DNA of 64,000 nucleotides from Opitutia bacterium (lineage in GTDB: Bacteria; Verrucomicrobiota; Verrucomicrobiia; Opitutales; Seribacteraceae): positions 1,446 to 65,445 of the forward strand of contig JAYNJW010000008.1 of NCBI GenBank assembly GCA_038110535.1, written 5' to 3'. This document shows positions 56,382-64,000 of the stretch, one piece after another; position 1 is the stretch's first letter, and the number at the start of each line of letters is the position of its first letter. A model generated the notes under the pieces. It did not search any database, was not told where the DNA came from, and saw only the letters and a program-made list of their open reading frames with translations. The position numbers were made by a program, and so were the translations under genes.

Positions 56382-57326
56382 TCAGGAATTGAGATGGGAT
56401 AAAGCCGCTAGAATGGCCTTTTGCATATGCAGACGATTTTCGGCTTGGTCAAAAAGAATCGCCCGATCGGAATCTAAAACAGACTGGGAAACCTCTTCCC
56501 CTGGATGAGCAGGCATACAATGCATAAAGAGACATTGCTCTTTTGCCTGAACGAATAAGGCATCATTTACCTGGTAGGGTTTCATCGATTCTAACCGGTC
56601 TTTACTGTCTTCCTCGCAACCCATGCTGACCCATACATCCGTGTAGATTACATCTGCATCTTTAGCCCCTTGTTCGGGATCGGAACTGAAAGACCAAGTA
56701 GGTCTAAGATGGTTTTTTTTGAGCAGTTGCTGGATTTCCTTGCCGGGGGGGTAGGAGTCTGGTCCGCAAAGTGAAATTTCCAGATCAAACATGGCTCCTG
56801 CCAGAATCCATGAGTTTGCCATGTTGCAGGATGTGTCGCCGAAGAAAGCCAATTTTTTACCTCGTAATGCCTCAAATGGGTTGGGCCCAGTACCCATTTT
56901 TTCAAGCAGGGTCATACAATCAGCGTAGATTTGACAAGGGTGCAAAAGATCGGTCAGGGCATTGACCACAGGCACGGACGCATGCCGGGCAAATTCTTCG
57001 ATTATGTCATGGCCATGTGCACGGATAATTAATCCATCCAAAAACCGGGAAAGAACTTTGGCCGTATCCGCAACACTCTCTCCTCTGCCGATTTGTGTGC
57101 TCGATTGATCGAGGATTAAGGGGTTTCCACCAAGCTCCCGAATGCCTACTTCAAAGGATACCCGGGTGCGGGTGCTTTGTTTGTAAAACATCATTCCCCA
57201 GTTTTGCCCGCCAAGGTCCTGAGTGGGGCGTTGGGCACGAGCAGACTTCAATTCATATGCGGAGGCAAATATTCTGATCACCTCCTCTTTTGAAAAATTA
57301 TTTTCCTGCAAAAAGTGTCTCATCAT
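56382..57326 (-). CDS. argF: ornithine carbamoyltransferase
   Basis: [20 protein letters not shown] and [11 protein letters not shown] motifs. Confidence 0.92.
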   Translation of the reverse strand: MMRHFLQENNFSKEEVIRIFASAYELKSARAQRPTQDLGGQNWGMMFYKQSTRTRVSFEVGIRELGGNPLILDQSSTQIGRGESVADTAKVLSRFLDGLIIRAHGHDIIEEFARHASVPVVNALTDLLHPCQIYADCMTLLEKMGTGPNPFEALRGKKLAFFGDTSCNMANSWILAGAMFDLEISLCGPDSYPPGKEIQQLLKKNHLRPTWSFSSDPEQGAKDADVIYTDVWVSMGCEEDSKDRLESMKPYQVNDALFVQAKEQCLFMHCMPAHPGEEVSQSVLDSDRAILFDQAENRLHMQKAILAALSHLNS

Positions 57327-57334
57327 TTATAGGT

Positions 57335-58525
57335 TTAACGGTCAATTTTGGAAAGTCCTGAATGTAAAATTTCTAAGCTTTGGGCAATCTCCTCCTCTTT
57401 TACGGTCAAAGGGGGAAGCAGGCGCAAGGTTTGGCCCGCAGCTCCAACGGTTAGCAAACCGTTGACACGCAGTAAGGCAATAAGTTCTGCTGGCTCATAA
57501 GCGAGCTGGATTCCGAGCATCAATCCCCGGCCCCGAATCTCAACAATAGATTCCGGAAACTCACTGGCAAGGAGTTGCAATCCCTGCTCCAGAAGACTGC
57601 CCATTTGCTGGGCCCGCAGGATCAGGTTTTCATTTTCAATAGCATCAAGTACGGCATGAGCAGCGGAACAGGCGAGGGGGGATCCTCCAAAAGTTGTACC
57701 ATGACTACCTGGGGTAAAGAGAGAGGAATATTTCTCGCAAACCCAGATTGCACCGATCGGGAAGCCCCCTCCGAGCCCTTTGGCCATGGCAATGGCGTGT
57801 GGCTGAGTTGCCGATTTTTGATACCCCAAAAATTCTCCTGTTCTTGCCACACCCGCCTGGACTTCGTCCATCAAAAAAAGTAAGTTATGCTGGTTGCATA
57901 TATCTTGGACGCCCTTAAGAAATTCATTACTGGCCACATGCAGACCTCCTTCGCCCTGGATAGATTCAAGCAGAATGGCAGCGGTCTGCTCATCAATGGC
58001 TTTTTCGAAATCGGCCAAATCATTTAATGTGCAAAAAACAAACCCGGGAAGAAGCGGTTCAAAACCCTGGCGGTATTTGTTGGATTGTGTAGCAGATAGT
58101 GCACCGAGGGTCCGCCCATGAAATCCGTTATTGGCAACGAGAATTTTTGTCCGCTTGGGTGAGTTCTGATTTCCATGCAGTCTGGACAGTTTGATCAATG
58201 CTTCGTTGGCTTCTGCTCCGCTGTTACAAAACAAAATCTTCCCCGCTCCAATTTTCTCGACCAATCTTTCCGCCAACCTGACTTGCTCAGGAATGGAAAA
58301 CAAGTTTGAGCAGTGAGCGAGTTTGCCTGTTTGTTCTTGCACCTGTTTTACCCATTCTGGATGGCTGTGCCCGAGGTTGGTTACTGCAATGCCAGAAGTG
58401 AAGTCCAAATACTCTTTCCCCTGGGTATCCCACAGTTTGGTCCCCTGGCCCCGTACAATCTCAATCGCAGGGGGTGCATAATTTGAGAGTAAGAAAGACT
58501 GATGCCGTTTGAGATCCATAATCAA
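57335..58525 (-). CDS. argD: acetylornithine aminotransferase
   Basis: Class III aminotransferase with NSGAEANE, LMDEVQAGVARTG and AKGLGGGFPIG (PLP Lys). Confidence 0.93.
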   Translation of the reverse strand: MIMDLKRHQSFLLSNYAPPAIEIVRGQGTKLWDTQGKEYLDFTSGIAVTNLGHSHPEWVKQVQEQTGKLAHCSNLFSIPEQVRLAERLVEKIGAGKILFCNSGAEANEALIKLSRLHGNQNSPKRTKILVANNGFHGRTLGALSATQSNKYRQGFEPLLPGFVFCTLNDLADFEKAIDEQTAAILLESIQGEGGLHVASNEFLKGVQDICNQHNLLFLMDEVQAGVARTGEFLGYQKSATQPHAIAMAKGLGGGFPIGAIWVCEKYSSLFTPGSHGTTFGGSPLACSAAHAVLDAIENENLILRAQQMGSLLEQGLQLLASEFPESIVEIRGRGLMLGIQLAYEPAELIALLRVNGLLTVGAAGQTLRLLPPLTVKEEEIAQSLEILHSGLSKIDR

Positions 58526-59391
58526 GCGTGCACAATTTCGGTGCCGATGCCCTGATCGGTGAAAATTTCTAATAAGATACTGTGAGGCATCCGTCCATCA
58601 ATGAAGTGCACCCGGTTGACTCCGGCTTTCAAGGCCTCCACCGCACTGTTGACCTTTGGTAACATACCGGCGGCAATCACTCCATTTTCTTTAAGCGGTT
58701 CCACTTCGTTAACTGCAAGACTGGAGAGTAAGGAGGACGGATCGGCGGGTTCCCTGAGTAATCCTGGGACATCAGATAAATAAACCAGCCTGCGGGCACC
58801 CAGTGCAATCGCAACCTTGGAAGCCACATTGTCTGCATTCACATTAAAGCAGATGCCTGCATCATCGGAGGCCGTGGATGAGAGAATGGGCATTTGACCA
58901 TTCTCGAGAGCCTGTAGAATTGGGTCAACCTGCACTTGGGTAACTTGACCCACATAACCCAAGTCATGGATTCCCTGTAGTTTTTCGCAGAGTAAAACCT
59001 CTTTGCCTGGGAATCTCTGTACCTCGCAGTCATGGGAAGACACAAATTGAGCCACTTCACGATTTACCTGATCGTTGAGAACAGTATCCACTGCGTCCAT
59101 AGTCTGTTCATCGGTAACCCGCAGACCATCCAAAAATTGTGCCTGGATGCCGCGTTTCTCGAGTTCTTTGGTAATGGCCTTTCCGCCTCCGTGCACCACG
59201 ACCACTTTGATGCCCACAAAATGAAGAAAGACCAAGTCTTTGGCCACCCCGGCCCGAACTTCTGGATCGGGAGAATCCATAAAGCTACCCCCGTATTTAA
59301 CCACGAAAATGGAGCCCCGAAACCGCCTCACATAGGGAAGGGCCTCCATGAGGATGCGTGCTTTGGCCTGACTTTCCTCGAATTCAATCAT
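58522..59391 (-). CDS. argB: acetylglutamate kinase
   Basis: VVKYGGS, VVVHGGG, NVNADNVA and the amino acid kinase fold. 4-nt overlap with argD. Confidence 0.94.
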   Translation of the reverse strand: MIEFEESQAKARILMEALPYVRRFRGSIFVVKYGGSFMDSPDPEVRAGVAKDLVFLHFVGIKVVVVHGGGKAITKELEKRGIQAQFLDGLRVTDEQTMDAVDTVLNDQVNREVAQFVSSHDCEVQRFPGKEVLLCEKLQGIHDLGYVGQVTQVQVDPILQALENGQMPILSSTASDDAGICFNVNADNVASKVAIALGARRLVYLSDVPGLLREPADPSSLLSSLAVNEVEPLKENGVIAAGMLPKVNSAVEALKAGVNRVHFIDGRMPHSILLEIFTDQGIGTEIVHA

Positions 59392-59397
59392 CTGTGC

Positions 59398-60618
59398 TTA
59401 CTCGCTCTTGTTGTAGTTAACATATTCTTCACTTAGGTCATTGGACCAAAGGATTGCCGATCCATTGCCCTGGTTAAGGTTAATGGAAATCACAAATGCT
59501 TTTTGGGAAACGATCTCCTTCCATTTAGCTTTGTTCATGGGCAATGGTTTACCCCTTTCGACTGCAGGAACATCGTTGTAGGACAGGTCAAGAAGATCGA
59601 AATCGATGCCTGCTTTAGCATAACCAGCCGCGTCCACTATTCTTCCCCAATTTGGATCGGATCCATACCAGGAAGATTTTACCAGCAAAGAATTTGCAAT
59701 GCACCGGGCAACTTTTTCTGCAGCTTCATCGTTGGCTGCACCTTCAATTTGCAACTCAACAAATTTGGTAACTTTTTCTCCATCGGTCACACATTTGCGG
59801 GCGAGGGTAGTGCAAACCTGAATAACCGCTTCTTCAAAAGCGGACCTGATTTCATGGGATTCTTGTTCCACATTCACCCGCGAAAATCCATTGGCCAAAA
59901 AGAGCACCGAGTCATTCGTGCTCATGTCCCCATCTATGGTCATCCGGTTAAATGATTGGTTTACTGCTTTGGTCAGGCATTTCTTAAGAAAGGCTGACGA
60001 TACTGCAGCATCCGTAGTAAGAAATGCGAGCATGGTTGCCATATCCGGTTGAATCATCCCAGCTCCTTTTACGGTTCCACCAATGGTGATCTTTCCCGCA
60101 GAAGTGTCGATCTGGGCAGAGCAGGATTTGGTGCAGGTATCGGAAGTAAGAATGGCCTCCTGAAAGGCCTTGCCTCCATCGAGTTCATCCAAGGTGTCCT
60201 GACAGGCATGAGCAATGCCAACAGTGATACGGCTCATGGGTAATTGGACTCCAATTCTTCCAGTCGAGCAAACGAGAATTTCACGGGAATGAACTTGCAA
60301 ATGTCTGGCAGTCTCAGCTGCCATTTTGGCACAGTCCAAATCGCCTTGTTTTCCAGTGCATGCATTTGCATTTCCACTGTTGGCAACCACTCCATGAAAA
60401 ATTTGCTTGGGATCACTGAGCAACTCCATGCAGTATCGTACCGGAGATGCTTTTACATCGTTGCTGGTAAAAGTCCCTGCAGCAGTGCAGGGCCGTTGGG
60501 AATAGATTACTCCCAGGTCCAGTTTTCCATTATTTTTGCCCATAATGTTGCTAGCTACACCGGAGGCAAAAAAGCCCTTGGGTTCAGTTACTCCATCGCA
60601 ATCTAGAAAAAACTTCAT
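59398..60618 (-). CDS. argJ: bifunctional ornithine acetyltransferase / N-acetylglutamate synthase
   Basis: Autoprocessing site ATMLAFLTTDA, GMIQPDM and the C-terminal NADYRS-like end (VNYNKSE). Confidence 0.94.
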   Translation of the reverse strand: MKFFLDCDGVTEPKGFFASGVASNIMGKNNGKLDLGVIYSQRPCTAAGTFTSNDVKASPVRYCMELLSDPKQIFHGVVANSGNANACTGKQGDLDCAKMAAETARHLQVHSREILVCSTGRIGVQLPMSRITVGIAHACQDTLDELDGGKAFQEAILTSDTCTKSCSAQIDTSAGKITIGGTVKGAGMIQPDMATMLAFLTTDAAVSSAFLKKCLTKAVNQSFNRMTIDGDMSTNDSVLFLANGFSRVNVEQESHEIRSAFEEAVIQVCTTLARKCVTDGEKVTKFVELQIEGAANDEAAEKVARCIANSLLVKSSWYGSDPNWGRIVDAAGYAKAGIDFDLLDLSYNDVPAVERGKPLPMNKAKWKEIVSQKAFVISINLNQGNGSAILWSNDLSEEYVNYNKSE

Positions 60619-61640
60619 AGCAATCCACAGTCCTCACTATATCCATTGCAAAGATTCATCGACTGTATGGCTTGTCCGCCTGCACCCTTGATCAAGTTAT
60701 CTTCTGCGGAGCAAATGATGTAGCGGTAGGTCCGCTTGTCTTCTTGAACCGCTAGATCAATCCTGTTTGTTCCGACTACCCGTCCGGTCTCCGGCAGGTC
60801 TCCGTCGTTGAGGACTTGCACGAAAGGCCTTTGCGAGTACGAATTTTCCCAACATTCCCTGATCGCATTGGCATGGAACGAATTTTTGGGCTTTACCGAG
60901 ATGGTCGAACAAAGACCGCGGTTCATTGGGCCAAGATGCGGGACAAAAGACAAGACAACCGGCTCTCCCGCAAAATGGGTCAACTGTTCTTCCATTTCCG
61001 ACAGATGCCGGTGCTTGGGCAGTCCATAGGGTCCTGCACTCTCATTTCTTTCACAAAAGAGCAATCGCTCGGAAGCATTTTTGCCCGCTCCGCTTATTCC
61101 GCTAATGGAATTTATGACAATTTCTGATTTTTCGATAAGATCATGCTTAAGCAGGGGGGCAAGGGGAACGATCACACTGGTTGGGTAACACCCTGGTGAT
61201 GCAATAAGAGAGGACTTTTCCCAGCTAAGATCGTGCAGTTCGGGAAGCCCATACTGGGCTAAGGGTAACCAATGTGGGGCAGGGTGCTTGCCTCCGTAAA
61301 ATTCCTCATAGATTGCAGGGTTATCCAGCCTGAAATCTGCAGATAAATCGATAATTTTTTTCCCCGCATCCAACAGAGGAATGGCATATTCTGCAGCTGT
61401 TCCATGAGGGAGAGCTAAGAAAAATAACTCGATTTCTGATTGTACTAACTCCTCGATACTAGGGCTGATAAACGATTTGTTTTGTCCACGCCTGCCCACT
61501 TTCGGAATGATTGCGGAAAGAGGTTGGCCCGCATTTGCCCTCGAGGTTACAGTACATAATTCTATTTCGGGATGCCCGATCAGTAAGGAAACAAGCTCTT
61601 GTCCAGTATATCCGGACGCACCAACTATGCCTACTTTCAT
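60615..61640 (-). CDS. argC: N-acetyl-gamma-glutamyl-phosphate reductase
   Basis: MKVGIVGASGYTGQEL, catalytic Cys context SPGCYPTS. 4-nt overlap with argJ. Confidence 0.95.
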   Translation of the reverse strand: MKVGIVGASGYTGQELVSLLIGHPEIELCTVTSRANAGQPLSAIIPKVGRRGQNKSFISPSIEELVQSEIELFFLALPHGTAAEYAIPLLDAGKKIIDLSADFRLDNPAIYEEFYGGKHPAPHWLPLAQYGLPELHDLSWEKSSLIASPGCYPTSVIVPLAPLLKHDLIEKSEIVINSISGISGAGKNASERLLFCERNESAGPYGLPKHRHLSEMEEQLTHFAGEPVVLSFVPHLGPMNRGLCSTISVKPKNSFHANAIRECWENSYSQRPFVQVLNDGDLPETGRVVGTNRIDLAVQEDKRTYRYIICSAEDNLIKGAGGQAIQSMNLCNGYSEDCGLL

Positions 61641-61669
61641 GATGAAAAAATTTTGTTGTGGAACATTAT

Positions 61670-61705
61670 AAAAAACAAACCCCCCGGTTGGAGTTCCGAG
61701 GGGTT
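61670..61705 (-). terminator. intrinsic terminator downstream of rpsI
   Basis: The minus strand reads AACCCCTCGG-AACTCCAA-CCGGGGGGTT (10-bp stem with one G-U pair) followed by TGTTTTTT. The T-tract runs straight into TATAAT (61670-61665), 25 nt upstream of the argC ATG. Confidence 0.85.
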
Positions 61706-61733
61706 GAATAAAAGGTGACTAAAATTTGAGTGA

Positions 61734-62138
61734 TTATCGTTTAGAAAATTGAAACCTTTTACGAGCCCCGGGACGACCAGCTTTTTTACGCTCGATTTTA
61801 CGGGGGTCTCGTCGGAGATGACCCGCTTTTTTGAGAGGAGAGCGTAGGTCGGCATCCATTTTTTCGAGTGCACGGGATAATCCGTGACGGATCGCACCCG
61901 ATTGTCCGGTGCCGCCACCACCGCGAACATTGACAGAAACATCTAGCTTACCATTTTTCTCAACGCAGACCAAGGGCCCAATGACCGCTTTTTTCTGTTG
62001 TTCAGTGGAACAGTAATCATCGATGTCGCGATTGTTAATCGTGATGGATCCTGAACCTGGGCGTATACGAACCCGGGCAGTGCTTGTTTTCCTGCGACCT
62101 GTGGCAATAAAATCTTGGTTTTTAGCTTTGGCACTCAT
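61734..62138 (-). CDS. rpsI: 30S ribosomal protein S9
   Basis: 134 aa. GRRKTSTARV near the N-terminus and a C-terminal KKAGRPGARKRFQFSKR. Confidence 0.97.
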   Translation of the reverse strand: MSAKAKNQDFIATGRRKTSTARVRIRPGSGSITINNRDIDDYCSTEQQKKAVIGPLVCVEKNGKLDVSVNVRGGGGTGQSGAIRHGLSRALEKMDADLRSPLKKAGHLRRDPRKIERKKAGRPGARKRFQFSKR

Positions 62139-62152
62139 GTTGTGTAAAGGAA

Positions 62153-62581
62153 TTAAGAAAGAAGAGGGGAGGGTTGTTGGGCGGAGTGAGGGTGTTCTTC
62201 GCCCGCAAAAACACGTAGCCTGGTCAGCATACCACTGGAAAGCTTATTTTTGGGCAACATGCCTTTGACTGCATTTGTAATGATAAATTCAGGACGGTTT
62301 TCACGAAAATCTGCAACCGTACGGTACTTTTCATTTCCCATGTACCCAGAGTAAAACATATACTGTTTTTGTTCCTCCTTAGAACCGGTCAATTTAACTT
62401 TGTCGGCATTGATAACCACGACATAATCCCCCGTGTCCACATGGGGAGTATAAGTGGGCTTATTGCGACCTCTAAGTGCATTGGCAATCTGAACGGCTAA
62501 GCGTCCAAGAATTTGGCCGGAAGCATCTACGATCTTCCAGTCGTGGGTAACGGATTCCTTTTTGGCCAGGGTAGTCTTCAT
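62153..62581 (-). CDS. rplM: 50S ribosomal protein L13
   Basis: 142 aa. W-x-x-VDA-type start (DWKIVDASGQILGRLA), RGRNKPTYTPHVDTGDYVVVINA. Confidence 0.97.
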   Translation of the reverse strand: MKTTLAKKESVTHDWKIVDASGQILGRLAVQIANALRGRNKPTYTPHVDTGDYVVVINADKVKLTGSKEEQKQYMFYSGYMGNEKYRTVADFRENRPEFIITNAVKGMLPKNKLSSGMLTRLRVFAGEEHPHSAQQPSPLLS

Positions 62582-62668
62582 CGAAAATTAAGTAAAAAGG
62601 AATAAAATGAATTATTTCGAGTTGTTCGTCAACCGAACAATCAATCAAATGTATGGATTGAGAGGGTT

Positions 62669-63079
62669 TTAAAATTGACCGGTCCCGAGGTCGGCAAGGG
62701 TTTGATCGTAAAACTTACTCCCGTAGCCCATGACCCGATCGGTGTTGTCAAAGACCACTGGCATATATTTCTTCTCGACATCCTTATCAGAAAGGACCCC
62801 CTCATTTCCGCCTTTGCGGATTTTGTAGAACCAAACGCTACCCCAGTCGTAACCTTCCAAGTAATTGGCAACGCCTGCCAAGTTGGAAACTTGGTTCTTG
62901 GTCATTCCTATGGAAAGTGCCATTAGATTTTCAACATTTTTGCCAACTGCAGCATCGGCATCTTCGAAGGGACTTCCGCCGCCACGAGAGATTCCAGCAG
63001 AACCTTTAAAGCAACCAGCTAAAATAATAAGGCAGGAAAGGCATCCTATGGTCAACAATTTCTGAGTTATCCTCATCAT
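62669..63079 (-). CDS. small lipoprotein, SmpA/OmlA (BamE)-like
   Basis: Lipobox ILAGC. The GMTKNQVSNLAG segment resembles the BamE-type G-M-T-x-x-Q-V motif. 136 aa. Confidence 0.45.
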   Translation of the reverse strand: MMRITQKLLTIGCLSCLIILAGCFKGSAGISRGGGSPFEDADAAVGKNVENLMALSIGMTKNQVSNLAGVANYLEGYDWGSVWFYKIRKGGNEGVLSDKDVEKKYMPVVFDNTDRVMGYGSKFYDQTLADLGTGQF

Positions 63080-63157
63080 GAGTATATCTTTTACCCCAAC
63101 ACGATCAAGTGGGGCAATCCCAATTTGAACTGGGAGTAATAGATTTTAAAAAAAGTT

Positions 63158-64000
63158 CTATTGTGATGTAATTCTTTCCAATGCCTGATAACTACGGGCA
63201 ATCATCTCTCTTGGGTCGTCCAACAGATTGGCAGAAGCCAGCGCATTGTCCAGTAATTGGTTGGCGACCAATAGAGCAGTAGGTTCGTCTTTTTCAATAA
63301 GTTTGTGCAAACCATGAATGATGGAGTGCCTCGGATTAATTTGAAATTTTACCTTACTTGCTGGCATTTCATCGTCTGGTCCCTGCATCATCTTCATAAT
63401 TCTTCTGGCAGATGCACCACCCATCCCGTCTTCTCCCACAACGCAGACTGGACTGTTGATCAGACGCTCACCCGTTTCCACTTCAGATACGCGATCCTTG
63501 AGAGATTCTTTGATCCAATTAGATAATTTTTTGACAGCTTTCTTGTCCAAGCTCTCTCCGCTAGGCTCTTCATCCAATTTTTCCAGCTTCAATTCTTCGG
63601 AATCTGCCGAAATAATTTTTTTATCTTTAAATTCACGCAGCGACTGCATCACATATTCGTCAACCGGCTCGGTCAGCAGCAGGACTTCATATCCTCTGGC
63701 TTGTAGAGCTTCCAAATAAGGACCTGATTCGATCGATTTGCGGTTTTTCCCATAAAGAAACAGAATCTCCTTTTGATCGCTCGTCATGCGGTCAAGGTAA
63801 TCCTCCAAGCCAGTAAGCTTACCTTCCTCCGAGGCGGTCGATTGAAAGCGCAGCAATTTGGCCAAGTCATCTTTGTAGGTGAAGTCTGTGGCCACACCTT
63901 CTTTAATCAGTGCTCCAAACTCTTGCCAGAATTCCAGGTAGGTTGCCTCTTCTTTCTTTGCTTGTTCGTTAAGAAATTTGATGAACCTTTTGGTTAGAAC
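63158..64000 (-). CDS. htpG: molecular chaperone HtpG (Hsp90), C-terminal part, 5' end beyond window
   Basis: The frame is open to base 64000 (..FIKFLNEQAKKEEEATYLEFWQEFGALIKEGVATDF..). The middle/C-terminal HtpG pattern includes FQINPRHSII and LLDDPREM. Confidence 0.92.
   Translation of the reverse strand, partial: VLTKRFIKFLNEQAKKEEATYLEFWQEFGALIKEGVATDFTYKDDLAKLLRFQSTASEEGKLTGLEDYLDRMTSDQKEILFLYGKNRKSIESGPYLEALQARGYEVLLLTEPVDEYVMQSLREFKDKKIISADSEELKLEKLDEEPSGESLDKKAVKKLSNWIKESLKDRVSEVETGERLINSPVCVVGEDGMGGASARRIMKMMQGPDDEMPASKVKFQINPRHSIIHGLHKLIEKDEPTALLVANQLLDNALASANLLDDPREMIARSYQALERITSQ

Noticed and set aside
56382-57326. Whether argF is a non-canonical (N-acetyl- or N-succinyl-ornithine) transcarbamylase.
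   Set aside because: The canonical OTC motifs DVWVSMG (DxxxSMG) and HCMPAH (HCLP-type) are present. The operon contains argJ, consistent with the standard cyclic acetyl pathway.

Overview
A 64 kb, densely coded chromosomal segment from a Gram-negative bacterium. Evidence for an outer membrane: a secretin, a beta-barrel protein ending in Phe, and lipoboxes. Gene content and protein styles (prepilin-type pseudopilins, giant NHL/LamG/cadherin/TSP3 proteins, Trp-rich C-terminal modules) suggest the PVC superphylum, possibly Verrucomicrobiota. That placement is inference only, because no search was possible. I support about 66 CDS, one tRNA-Leu(CAA), two clear intrinsic terminators and two tandem-repeat features. 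I found no rRNA, CRISPR array, transposase or integrase. Housekeeping blocks: mutS, hup, aroG-type DAHP synthase, mdh, rsfS-nadD, uvrB, sod, tadA, infA-cysK-dtd-mpg, pgi, ilvD, pheA, nrdR, trpG/pabA, a contiguous argC-J-B-D-F-G operon, rplM-rpsI and htpG (truncated at the window end). Accessory or unusual blocks: (1) A 12-gene type II secretion operon (gspG-H-I-J-K-L-M-D-C'-E-F plus a MORN lipoprotein, 18188-30829). Its GspE ATPase carries a CheY-like pseudo-receiver domain inserted into the N-terminal domain. (2) A three-domain protein fusing PTS-EIIA(Ntr)-like, PK_C-like and diadenylate cyclase domains (16276-17631). (3) A minimal MotA/PomA-like 4-TM protein that lacks the rotor-interacting loop, paired with a TM/zinc-ribbon/TM protein (7080-7829). 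(4) A six-gene operon of unknown function with duplicated lipoprotein and TM-coiled-coil genes plus a GT2 (44419-48656). (5) A FecR / beta-barrel / FecR envelope module (36561-40819). (6) Two giant secreted repeat proteins (8773-15208). All family calls come from motif recognition by eye. Novelty cannot be established without database searches.
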